A model generated the notes under the pieces. It was not told where the DNA came from. It did no database searches and saw only the letters and a program-made list of their open reading frames with translations. This document shows, in pieces, positions 1 through 8,271 of a stretch of DNA of 49,797 nucleotides; the stretch's first letter is position 1, and each line of letters opens with the position of its first letter. The stretch is taken from contig JBBRSB010000035.1 of assembly GCA_038245785.1 (NCBI GenBank), positions 1 through 49,797 on the forward strand, read 5' to 3'. This DNA is from Gloeobacterales cyanobacterium (GTDB lineage Bacteria; Cyanobacteriota; Cyanobacteriia; Gloeobacterales; PMM-0068). The position numbers and the translations under genes are program-made.

Positions 1-72
1 GGTTTCGGGGCGGACCCCGGTCAAACGCTTGAACTCACTGGGTTTAAGGTCTTTGATACGGTCGTAGGTCAT
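1..72 (-). CDS. Transposase N-terminus (partial, truncated by the window edge)
   Basis: Manual translation of 72->1: MTYDRIKDLKPSEFKRLTGVRPET. Confidence 0.75.
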   Translation of the reverse strand, partial: MTYDRIKDLKPSEFKRLTGVRPET

Positions 73-140
73 AGGTCTATCCGTCTACCATCCCTAACCT
101 ACCCTATGGACTCGGCCTATTCTATTCGTGCAAGAGCTCT
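1..140 (-). mobile_element. Left end of an IS5-family (ISL2-group-like) insertion sequence; runs off the window
   Basis: Minus-strand ATG at 72 opens MTYDRIKDLKPSEFKRLTGVRPET, resembling cyanobacterial IS5/HTH_Tnp_4 N-termini. Terminal IR AGAGCTCTTGCACGAAT (140->124), flanked by AAT. Confidence 0.8.
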
Positions 141-161
141 AATGTTCCAAAGCAATCATCG

Positions 162-587
162 ATGCCGCTTGTGCTGGTCATTGAGGATAGTGACGAAGAT
201 TATGAGGCGCTGCGTCGCTTTTTTCGACAGTCTCCCGTTAAAACTCAACTACATCGCTGCGAAACGGGTAAGAAAGCTCTTGAGTATCTAGAGCAGTGCA
301 TCCTAGCCAAGCAGGCCTATCCGGCCAAAGTCCCCTCTTTCATCTTGCTAGATTTAAACCTTCCCGGAATCGATGGTCGACATGTCCTCCAGATTATTAA
401 AGAGGACTCTCGTCTTCAATACATTCCCGTCATCGTCTTGACTACATCCACCTTTGACAAGGATATTAATGAATGTTATCGCTTAGGAGCCAATAGTTAT
501 TTATTGAAAGCAATGGATGTGCACCGATTCAAAGAGTCTATGCAAGTCCTCATCCAATATTGGCTTAATACCGTCACCCTGCCTTAG
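162..587 (+). CDS. Single-domain response regulator (Rcp1-like)
   Basis: VIEDSDED, LLDLNLPGIDG (phospho-Asp), VLTTS, GANSYLLK. Confidence 0.92.
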   Translation: MPLVLVIEDSDEDYEALRRFFRQSPVKTQLHRCETGKKALEYLEQCILAKQAYPAKVPSFILLDLNLPGIDGRHVLQIIKEDSRLQYIPVIVLTTSTFDKDINECYRLGANSYLLKAMDVHRFKESMQVLIQYWLNTVTLP

Positions 588-747
588 GTTTTAGGCTTTA
601 TGCAAATGTGTCACTATGATATATTATTCTAAGTATAAATACTTAGCGCGATCTTGCTAAACCATATCTAGTTCTTCATGGAAGCCTGCACCCTCCTCGA
701 TCTTGAGGGTAGCTCCCTATAAATTAATAATCCACTCGGTATTTATT

Positions 748-2469
748 ATGTTGCTAAAGAAGCAATTCACAATTTTAGCTCTTGATGATTCTCCAGAAGA
801 TCAAGAAACCTATCGACGTTTTCTGCGCGACCAAACAGACTCCTATGACATTCATGCAGCTTATTACGCCGCAGAGGGGCTTCAGTTTTGCGAAACACAA
901 TGGCCGGATTTAATAATACTAGATTTCCTAATGCCCGATTTAAATGGAATCCAGTTTATCGATGCGCTTCAAGAGAACGCCAAAGGTAGAGCTTTGCCAG
1001 CAATTTTAGCCTTAACAGGTCAGGGAAATGAAGAAGTTGCAGTCACCTTAATGAAAAAAGGGGTGCAAGATTATTTGATCAAACGTAAACTTACTAAGCG
1101 CAATTTTCAGTTGACCGTACAGCGTATTTTAGAGCAAGTCCAACTAAAGCAATCGCTGAAGATACAACAGCAGTGGCAGCAGGTGCTGTCCGAAGTAGCC
1201 TTACGCATTCGGCGGTCGCTCAACATTGTAGAGGTACTGGATACCGCCGTTCAGGAAGTCAAACAGTTCTTGAATTGCGATCGGGTGGTAGTCTATCAAT
1301 TTGAAAAGAACTGGGCAGGAAACGTTGTAGCGGAAGCGGTCGACCTCCCTTGGAAGCGCTCCCTAGGCGTACAAGTTATTGATACCTGCTTTCAGGAGAC
1401 TGAAGGACGACTATATCGGCAGGGTTGTCAAAAAGTTATTGACGATATTTACCAGGCAGGGCTGTCGGAATGCTACATCAGCTTATTAGAGGACTTTCAA
1501 GTGCGGGCTGCCATCGTAGTTCCTATCTTACTGACACCCGATAATGCTGACGAGTTGCCCAGACTATGGGGACTACTCATTGCGCACCAATGTCAGAACA
1601 CACGTCAATGGGTAGATGGCTCCGTTTTATTTTTAGATCAGCTCTCGGTTCAACTGGCAATTGCTATTCAGCAGGCAGAACTTTTGCAGCGACTGAATCA
1701 GGAATTGGAACAGCGAGCACAAGCGGAACGAGATTTACGCAAACAAACCCAGGGGCAAGAACGGTTGATTCAAGAGTTAGCTAAAACCACTACGCTTCTG
1801 GAACAGCGTAACCGAGATCTTGACTTGTTCGTTTCCATTGCCTCTCACGACCTGCGGGCACCGTTACGGGCCATCAAGAACTTAGCAACTTGGCTCTCGG
1901 AGGATTTAGAAGCTGTACTCACTCCAGACGCTCAACAGCAATTTAAATTGCTAAGATCGCGAGTCCAGCATATGGAAGCACTACTTAACGACTTATTGCA
2001 ATACGCTCGAATAGGAAGAGTAGAAGACAGTACAACGAATGTTTGTGTTACAGATCTACTGAACGAAGTAGTTAGTGGATTAGAGATACCGCCAACTTTT
2101 ACAATTCAAATCGCACCGAATATGCCAGAGTTGGTTACTAGGCGCACGGCGTTGGAGCAAGTCTTCACCAACTTGATTAATAATGCCATCAAACACCATA
2201 CCCGTGAAGATGGACGAGTGGAAATTGCCGCAACCCTTGAGGGGGAAGTCTATCGATTTGACGTGGTGGACGATGGGCCTGGAATCGCCCCAGAGTATCA
2301 CCAAAGAGTTTTTGAAATTTTTAGAACCCTCACCAACATCAGTAACAACGACAGCACGGGCATTGGCTTAGCGATTGTAAAGAAACTGATTGAACTTCAA
2401 GGCGGAACCATTTCGCTTGAGTCGGAAGTAGGTCGTGGCACAACCTTTCGGTTCACATGGCCCCCGTAG
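748..2469 (+). CDS. Hybrid REC-GAF-HisKA-HATPase kinase with a cyanobacteriochrome-type GAF
   Basis: REC (LDDSPED, ILDFLMPD); GAF (DRVVVYQF, DTCF, ECY, WGLLIAHQC); H-box SHDLRAPL; N-box NLINNAIKH; DDGPGI; GIGLAIV. ATG 748 preferred over TTG 703. Confidence 0.9.
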   Translation: MLLKKQFTILALDDSPEDQETYRRFLRDQTDSYDIHAAYYAAEGLQFCETQWPDLIILDFLMPDLNGIQFIDALQENAKGRALPAILALTGQGNEEVAVTLMKKGVQDYLIKRKLTKRNFQLTVQRILEQVQLKQSLKIQQQWQQVLSEVALRIRRSLNIVEVLDTAVQEVKQFLNCDRVVVYQFEKNWAGNVVAEAVDLPWKRSLGVQVIDTCFQETEGRLYRQGCQKVIDDIYQAGLSECYISLLEDFQVRAAIVVPILLTPDNADELPRLWGLLIAHQCQNTRQWVDGSVLFLDQLSVQLAIAIQQAELLQRLNQELEQRAQAERDLRKQTQGQERLIQELAKTTTLLEQRNRDLDLFVSIASHDLRAPLRAIKNLATWLSEDLEAVLTPDAQQQFKLLRSRVQHMEALLNDLLQYARIGRVEDSTTNVCVTDLLNEVVSGLEIPPTFTIQIAPNMPELVTRRTALEQVFTNLINNAIKHHTREDGRVEIAATLEGEVYRFDVVDDGPGIAPEYHQRVFEIFRTLTNISNNDSTGIGLAIVKKLIELQGGTISLESEVGRGTTFRFTWPP

Positions 2470-2575
2470 AAGCAGGGAACACCTCAAAAATCCGCCCTAA
2501 GGAAGAGGGGCTTTGCTGGCAATCTAACTAGGTTAGAAGTATCACTCCCACATGTAATAAGGAAGGTTGATACTC

Positions 2576-3622
2576 ATGGTCGTAACGATCACTGATGAAA
2601 AACGCCAGGCAATCGCGGTCAAGCTCGCAGATATGAAAGCATTACAAAATTTGGTAGCAAACAACGAGCAAGGTCTTATAGCCGCTTGTGAAGACAAAAA
2701 AATTCGAGAGCAGTTAACAGACATGCTCAATGCCGATCGCAAAAATCAGACAATTATAGACAATGTAATTGTTCAGTATGGCCATAGCGCTGAGCCGAAG
2801 CAGACGGTTCAAGATCTGGTTACCAGTTCCACTAAACTAATGCAAAGTCATGATATATCGTTCTATGAAAAAGTAAGCCAGCATGAACTGCTGAAGCACA
2901 GACTGGCGATGTTTGGAATTGAAGTACACAAGGCTTCCCAAGTAGTTGGCAGCGATATTGAGAAAGCGATCTCACCGCTCCATAGTGTCAACTTTGAAAA
3001 CCGAGGTCATCAAGAGCTGCTTCAAGGTGTCCTAGAGACTATCAGCACTCGCGAATTAACGGGTGAAGATCCAAAGTCTGGGATCTGGGCAGGGATTCAG
3101 GACACGTTAGCTGCTGCGACAGGCGCTGTTAGCAGTTTAACCGGGCAAAATGAGACCAACCTTGACCAGAAAGTGACAGATATCGTTCACATGGATCACT
3201 CGAAGGTCAAGGAACTGTTTAAAGAGATTGAAAACACCGATGATCCACAAAAGCTTCAGGAATTCTTTAATCAGCTTTACCGTGACTTGAGTATCCACGC
3301 CGAGGCAGAGGAACAAACCTGGTACCCGATGCTGCTCAAATACGATGACAGTATGCAATCAACTGAAGAGGCATACCACGAGCAGGATGAGGCTAAGTCT
3401 CTACTCAAAGATCTTAGACAGACTAATACTGCAACCCCTCAGTTCAAGGAAAAAATCCAGACTCTCAAAGCAGGAATTCTCAAACATGTGGATCATGAAG
3501 AGCGCGACCTGTTTGCGAAACTGCGTGAGCACATGAGCGAAGAGCAGCTGGTTGAAATGGGTAAAGAGTTTCAGATGGTCAAAAAGCGGCTTCAGGATAG
3601 CTTTACTATGACTAGAGCCTAA
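2576..3622 (+). CDS. Hemerythrin (HHE) domain stress protein
   Basis: C-terminal DHSKV..HAEAEEQ..EQDEA..HVDHEE motifs; cyanobacterial N-terminal domain; ATG 2576 with upstream AAGGAAGG. Confidence 0.85.
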   Translation: MVVTITDEKRQAIAVKLADMKALQNLVANNEQGLIAACEDKKIREQLTDMLNADRKNQTIIDNVIVQYGHSAEPKQTVQDLVTSSTKLMQSHDISFYEKVSQHELLKHRLAMFGIEVHKASQVVGSDIEKAISPLHSVNFENRGHQELLQGVLETISTRELTGEDPKSGIWAGIQDTLAAATGAVSSLTGQNETNLDQKVTDIVHMDHSKVKELFKEIENTDDPQKLQEFFNQLYRDLSIHAEAEEQTWYPMLLKYDDSMQSTEEAYHEQDEAKSLLKDLRQTNTATPQFKEKIQTLKAGILKHVDHEERDLFAKLREHMSEEQLVEMGKEFQMVKKRLQDSFTMTRA

Positions 3623-3799
3623 GGGCTAATTTATACTCCTGAGTCTTGAACCCCTCAGGCCCTACGGGCTAGCTCCCCACCCTGCGGGAAGGCTTCGCCT
3701 AGGGAGGGGAGCCTCCTCTGGGGGCAGAAAGATAGTTTGGATTTGGGTGCAAACACTACCCAAGCGATAGTCCACGCTATCTACTGCTTGGATGCCTAA
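3622..3799 (+). repeat. Structured dispersed repeat, copy A (copy B at 49643-49797)
   Basis: Near-identical to 49643-49797 apart from a ~24-nt insert at 3679-3702. Confidence 0.9.
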
Positions 3800-3992
3800 G
3801 CTTTCTAGAATCAATGTGCGGTGCATGTCATAAGCTTGAGCCTCTTTGCAGCAAAGGCTCCCCTTATGAAAGGTGAGATCGAGGTGGGATCTGTCCACGT
3901 TTGTAGGAATTTGTCTTGGCAAACCCATCTTAGAATAGTTACAAATTGAGACAATTCCACACATTACTTCTTGAAGCAGTTAGTGTTTAAGA

Positions 3993-4184
3993 ATGAACAA
4001 TCTTCTGTTAAACGTGGCCCTGTTGATCGTATTGCCGCCTGTTGGCCTCCTCTTCACGCTTAAGGATAGGAACCTTCCGATTGAGACCAAAATCATTGCC
4101 TTGAGTGTAGGGCTGACTATCGGCGCAGTGCTCTACTCACTCGTCTATCTGTTCGTCCGCCAACTATTGGCTCCGGCAGCTTAG
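3993..4184 (+). CDS. Small two-TM membrane protein
   Basis: 63 aa, two hydrophobic stretches, ATG start, convergent 4-bp overlap with glxD. Confidence 0.55.
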   Translation: MNNLLLNVALLIVLPPVGLLFTLKDRNLPIETKIIALSVGLTIGAVLYSLVYLFVRQLLAPAA

Positions 4185-5488
4185 CGCCCCATTATAAAAT
4201 CCGTGCCCGCCAAAGGCAGCTTTGCCATAGCAGAAGCCTCTAGGGTCAAGGCCACCAGGTCTTCCCGTTCCAGGTTATGCACATCTGACTTGCCACAGGC
4301 CCGTGCTAAACTTTGCACTTCCATCACCAGCGCCTGCAGATAGTTCGCCACATGAATCGTTGCCTGCTCAATGGGTAAACGTTCCATCAGGGCTTCGTCC
4401 TGTGTTGCAATGCCCACCGGACACAGGCCTGTATGGCAGTGGTGGCAATGATGAGGCTCCGTCCCCAGTTTTTGGTAATCCTCAAGGTAGATAGGTTTGT
4501 TGCATCCCATGGCAATCAGGCTGGCTGTACCAATACTGACTGCATCGGCCCCTAAAGCCAAGGCCTTAGCCACATCGGGGCCAGAACGAATTCCGCCAGA
4601 AATGACCAGTTGCACTTGACCATAAACCCCGATTTCCTGAAGCGCTTCAACCGCTTGCACCAGAGCAGGCAGGGTCGGAATGCCACTATGTTCTTGAAAA
4701 ATACTCTGGGTGGCCGCTGTCCCACCTTCCATCCCATCCAGAACAATGACGTCTGCACCAGACTTGACGGCGAGTTTCACATCATCTTTGACGCGGGTAG
4801 CACCCATCTTGACGTAGATCGGAATTTCCCAATCCGTCGCCTCCCGCAATTCTTCAATTTTGATGCGCAGATCGTCGGGACCAATCCAATCGGGATGGCG
4901 ACAGGGAGAACGCTGGTCTACCCCTTCTGGCAAGGTCCGCATCCCGGCGACAACCTGGTTCACTTTTTGACCCAAAAGCAAACCACCGCCCCCAGGCTTA
5001 GCACCCTGACCAATGACAATCTCGATGGCATCTGCTTTTTTAAGATCTCGTGGGTTGAAACCATAGCGGGAAGGGAGGCATTGATAGACCAACTTAGTGG
5101 AGGCTTCTCGTTCATCGGCCAGCATTCCACCATCTCCGGTAGTTGTAGAAGTACCCAGCAAGGTGGCGGCTTTACCGAGACCGACTTTGGCATTGCGAGA
5201 AAGAGCGCCAAAACTCATGCCAGCAATCGTAATCGGGATCTCCAATTCCATCGGTCGTTTGGCATGGCGGGTACCCAATACGATCTTGGTCGTGCACTTT
5301 TCCCGGTAGCCTTCCAGGGGAAGACGGGTTAGAGAAGCGGTGAGGAAGAGCAAATCATCGAAGCGGGGGACATTGCGCAGAGCCCCATAGCCTCGGATCA
5401 TGTAGCGTCCTAATTTGGCCCGTTCTTGAATAGCATCAATGGCCTCTGGCGAAAAGGTGCTGCTCGTCTTTAGTACGCGTCTTTCCAT
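4181..5488 (-). CDS. glxD: FMN-binding glutamate synthase family protein (GlxD/MgsC, N-methylglutamate synthase subunit)
   Basis: IAGMSFGALS, TTTGDGG, GQGAKPGGGG, DGMEGGT, SGGIRSG, CHHCHTGLCPVG Fe-S motif; adjacent to glxBC. Confidence 0.88.
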   Translation of the reverse strand: MERRVLKTSSTFSPEAIDAIQERAKLGRYMIRGYGALRNVPRFDDLLFLTASLTRLPLEGYREKCTTKIVLGTRHAKRPMELEIPITIAGMSFGALSRNAKVGLGKAATLLGTSTTTGDGGMLADEREASTKLVYQCLPSRYGFNPRDLKKADAIEIVIGQGAKPGGGGLLLGQKVNQVVAGMRTLPEGVDQRSPCRHPDWIGPDDLRIKIEELREATDWEIPIYVKMGATRVKDDVKLAVKSGADVIVLDGMEGGTAATQSIFQEHSGIPTLPALVQAVEALQEIGVYGQVQLVISGGIRSGPDVAKALALGADAVSIGTASLIAMGCNKPIYLEDYQKLGTEPHHCHHCHTGLCPVGIATQDEALMERLPIEQATIHVANYLQALVMEVQSLARACGKSDVHNLEREDLVALTLEASAMAKLPLAGTDFIMGR

Positions 5489-6201
5489 TTGGCCCAATCC
5501 TTTGCTTTGAAGTGATACAACTCTTTGGCACAGACAACTTTTTTAAAGTCATAGTCTTGGGCCACGAGCCCGACGGCTGCCAGCTCTCGGGTGAGAAGAT
5601 TCCAATCCGCTTCAGACAGGGGTTCAAACCGAGCATCTGCCCCCAGAGAATCCACCGCTCCGCCTACAAAGATCGACCCGTCATAGATAGAATCGGCCAA
5701 GTTCGGACCGACATTGCCGCAGACAATCAGACAGCCTTGTTGCATCATGAACGCTGCCCCGTAGCCCACGTTGCCCGTCACCAGCAGAGTCGCTCCTTTG
5801 AGGGAAATTCCAGCACGGGGACCAGCATTGCCGAGGATGCGGATCGTGCCGCCGTGGGCAGAAGCTCCTGCATTGGAAGAGGCATGACCATGAACCAAGA
5901 TATCTCCCAACATCAGGTTTTCACCGAGAGACCAACCACAGGCACCAAAGATTTCCAGGTTGACGTTTTCGGCTAAACCGCCGCAGTAGCTACCCACAGG
6001 CCCTTGGAATTGAATCTTGACGGGCTCTGTCACCCCGACGGCTAAATTATGCCGTCCAGCAGGATTCAGAATGTTGATCGTTTGTAGACCTTCGGCAGCC
6101 AAAGCCTTTAACTGCTGGTTGATCTCGCGGGTACTCAGGGGAGCGCAATCTAGGGTTACTTCATGGACAATCGTTTGCTCTGAGACGGATGGTTCTTTCA
6201 T
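5470..6201 (-). CDS. glxC: GXGXG-repeat protein GlxC/MgsB
   Basis: NPAGRHNLAVG, repeated GxxG beta-helix, ELYHF C-terminus. Confidence 0.88.
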   Translation of the reverse strand: MKEPSVSEQTIVHEVTLDCAPLSTREINQQLKALAAEGLQTINILNPAGRHNLAVGVTEPVKIQFQGPVGSYCGGLAENVNLEIFGACGWSLGENLMLGDILVHGHASSNAGASAHGGTIRILGNAGPRAGISLKGATLLVTGNVGYGAAFMMQQGCLIVCGNVGPNLADSIYDGSIFVGGAVDSLGADARFEPLSEADWNLLTRELAAVGLVAQDYDFKKVVCAKELYHFKAKDWAKWKDAY

Positions 6202-7172
6202 AGATTACTCACCACCTTCCTCGCTTCCCGTGCGCGCTTGAGGCTGAACTCTTGGCGCGACCAAATATTTATTTCTCCGGCGTCCGGCTCTCGGATAGCG
6301 GCAGTGGAATCAAAGCCTTCCAAATTGAGCAAGCAGTGATATTCAGAGGCAATCGCTACCATTTCTGGAGATTCATAAATCATCGCGGGCTTGGCTGCGA
6401 ATTTGTCGCGGACCAACGCCATTTTGTCTTCGGTTGCGACCAGGAAGGTATAGGTCCCATCCAGATCTTTAAGCAGTCTGTGCAGCGCTTCTTCTAGAGA
6501 TTTTTCTTGTAAAAATTGGTCATTCAGGTAGTGGGCAATCGCTTCAGAATCATTGTCAGTTTCAAACACCATCCCGCGTCGTTCGAGGACAGAGCGCAGC
6601 CGATAGTAGTTCGAAATTTGGCCATTGTGCACAATCGAGAGGTCAAAACCGCTGGTGAACGGATGGGAATGATAGGTATCGACCACCGATTCCGTAGCCA
6701 TGCGGGTGTGGCCGATGCCATGACTACCTTTAAACTCCTCCAGGCCATATTTGTGGATCAGACCTTGGACGGGTCCCACTTCTTTGTAGATTTCCAACTG
6801 TTGGCCCACGCTCATCAGATGAATCTGAGGAAAGTTCTGAGCCAGAGCCCGCTTAAAGGCTCCGAGGTCAAAGTAGTCAGGGTCTTGCCACCAGAGCACG
6901 ACTCGGTAGCTATGACTGTCCTGACCAACAGGTTTAAACTCTAAGCCGGAAGCGAACGGAAGCAGCCAATCCCACAGGTCCTCCAAGACAACCTGCTCTT
7001 CCGTGCGTAGGATCATTTTGAGCTGGTCAAAGGCCATGCTTTCTCCATACAGGCCGACGCCACAGGAATCCGGCCCCCGGCTCTCTAAAGGCTGCAGCAA
7101 CTTCATCAGGTCCAGGCTAAGACATCGCTGCTTGGCCGAACCTCGATAAATAATTCCAGCTATTCCACACAC
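6198..7172 (-). CDS. glxB: Class II glutamine amidotransferase GlxB/MgsA
   Basis: N-terminal MCGIAG (Cys nucleophile), RGPDS, GHTRMATES, HPF, VHNG, DSE; GTG start. Confidence 0.9.
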   Translation of the reverse strand: MCGIAGIIYRGSAKQRCLSLDLMKLLQPLESRGPDSCGVGLYGESMAFDQLKMILRTEEQVVLEDLWDWLLPFASGLEFKPVGQDSHSYRVVLWWQDPDYFDLGAFKRALAQNFPQIHLMSVGQQLEIYKEVGPVQGLIHKYGLEEFKGSHGIGHTRMATESVVDTYHSHPFTSGFDLSIVHNGQISNYYRLRSVLERRGMVFETDNDSEAIAHYLNDQFLQEKSLEEALHRLLKDLDGTYTFLVATEDKMALVRDKFAAKPAMIYESPEMVAIASEYHCLLNLEGFDSTAAIREPDAGEINIWSRQEFSLKRAREARKVVSNL

Positions 7173-7196
7173 GCCTTTTCATCCAGAAGATAGTCC

Positions 7197-7212
7197 ACTT
7201 GTTGTAACAAGT
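7197..7212. promoter_or_regulatory. Putative GntR (HutC-type) operator upstream of glxB
   Basis: ACTTGTTGTAACAAGT, near-perfect palindrome; related sites at 8162 and 9590. Confidence 0.7.
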
Positions 7213-7254
7213 TAGAGCTTAAAATGTTGTGCTTTTAGCTACTGTTTTTAATGC

Positions 7255-7314
7255 TCCCTTCGACTCCGCACGTGAGCTCCCTGTAAGCGAAGCTCACGTG
7301 CGGAGTCGAAGGGA
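7255..7314. repeat. Perfect 24-bp-arm inverted repeat (repeat-derived hairpin)
   Basis: TCCCTTCGACTCCGCACGTGAGCT / 12-nt loop / AGCTCACGTGCGGAGTCGAAGGGA; the arm sequence recurs at 42682-42705. Confidence 0.9.
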
Positions 7315-7325
7315 CTGAGGGGGCT

Positions 7326-8063
7326 TTACTTGGTCAGCACAATCGAATAGCTGAGTCGGTCTGCACGAGATAGGGTCTCCCCACAAATAACAGGACGCGC
7401 TCCCGTGGTGTAGGCCACATAGCGATTGACTAAGAGGGGAGCCCCGAGGGAAGTTTCCAAATACTGGCTCATCTCATGGGTGGCATGGGTGCATTCCAAA
7501 ATCGTTTCCACCCGTTCAATCGAGACTCCATTCTGGTCCAGGGTCGGATAGATCAGGCTGGATTGCAGTTGGTCCGCAAAGGCTGCGCCCAATTCAAAGG
7601 GGATGTAGGTGATATCGACAGCGACCGGGATATCGTCTGTGAGGATAATTTTTTTCTGGCAATAGATGCGGGGAGTGTCGAGGGATAAATCGAGAGTGGT
7701 ACAGACTTCAGCAGAGGGCACTAACTCTTCAAAAGAAAGGCTGCGGATACCAGAAGTGACACCTTGACTTGCCATATTTTCATCAAAGAAAACCAGGGGA
7801 TTGGACAGGGAGCGGATCACTTTTCGCTGAGGTTTGACAAAGACACCTTTGCCCTGATGGCTTGTGAGTAGCCCTTGACTGATCAGGTTGGCGATGGCTC
7901 TACGGACCGTAATCCGGCTGACCTGAAAAGTTGCCATCAGCTGATGCTCACTGGGCAATTGGTCTCCCGGCGCGTAATCTCCCAGGAAAATTTGTTCACG
8001 CAATTGCTCTGAGATCGCTAGATGCAGCGGAATTTCAAGATCAGCAGAGACTTTTCGCGCCAT
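7326..8063 (-). CDS. GntR family regulator, HutC/UTRA subfamily
   Basis: GDQLPSEHQLMATFQVSRITVRRAI wHTH, GKGVFV, C-terminal UTRA-like domain. Confidence 0.92.
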   Translation of the reverse strand: MARKVSADLEIPLHLAISEQLREQIFLGDYAPGDQLPSEHQLMATFQVSRITVRRAIANLISQGLLTSHQGKGVFVKPQRKVIRSLSNPLVFFDENMASQGVTSGIRSLSFEELVPSAEVCTTLDLSLDTPRIYCQKKIILTDDIPVAVDITYIPFELGAAFADQLQSSLIYPTLDQNGVSIERVETILECTHATHEMSQYLETSLGAPLLVNRYVAYTTGARPVICGETLSRADRLSYSIVLTK

Positions 8064-8143
8064 GGGGAGAGATGCCTTGTGAAGAACTCGGTTTTAGCCA
8101 GTTTTAGCTGGGGAGTCGTTTCTTATTTTAGAAGAGATCGAAC

Positions 8144-8177
8144 TTGACGCTCGGGGGCAGCACCTGTTATGACATGT
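8144..8177 (+). promoter_or_regulatory. Putative sigma70 promoter of the oxidase gene, with a GntR operator over the -10
   Basis: TTGACG (8144-8149), TGnTATGAC (8165-8173), operator ACCTGTTATGACATGT (8162-8177). Confidence 0.6.
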
Positions 8178-8271
8178 TCAGCAAAGGCTTTTTGTCTGAG
8201 CACTCGGTCGTACCTATGGGAGAAGTTGGTTCGGCATGCTTATCAATTCGTACAGCTCTTAGTGAGAACCT

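Noticed and set aside
4610..5976. Long antisense ORFs (240 aa, 154 aa) over glxD/glxC; likewise 20532-21467 and 36175-36810
   Set aside because: Shadow frames of well-conserved genes, with no recognisable motifs.
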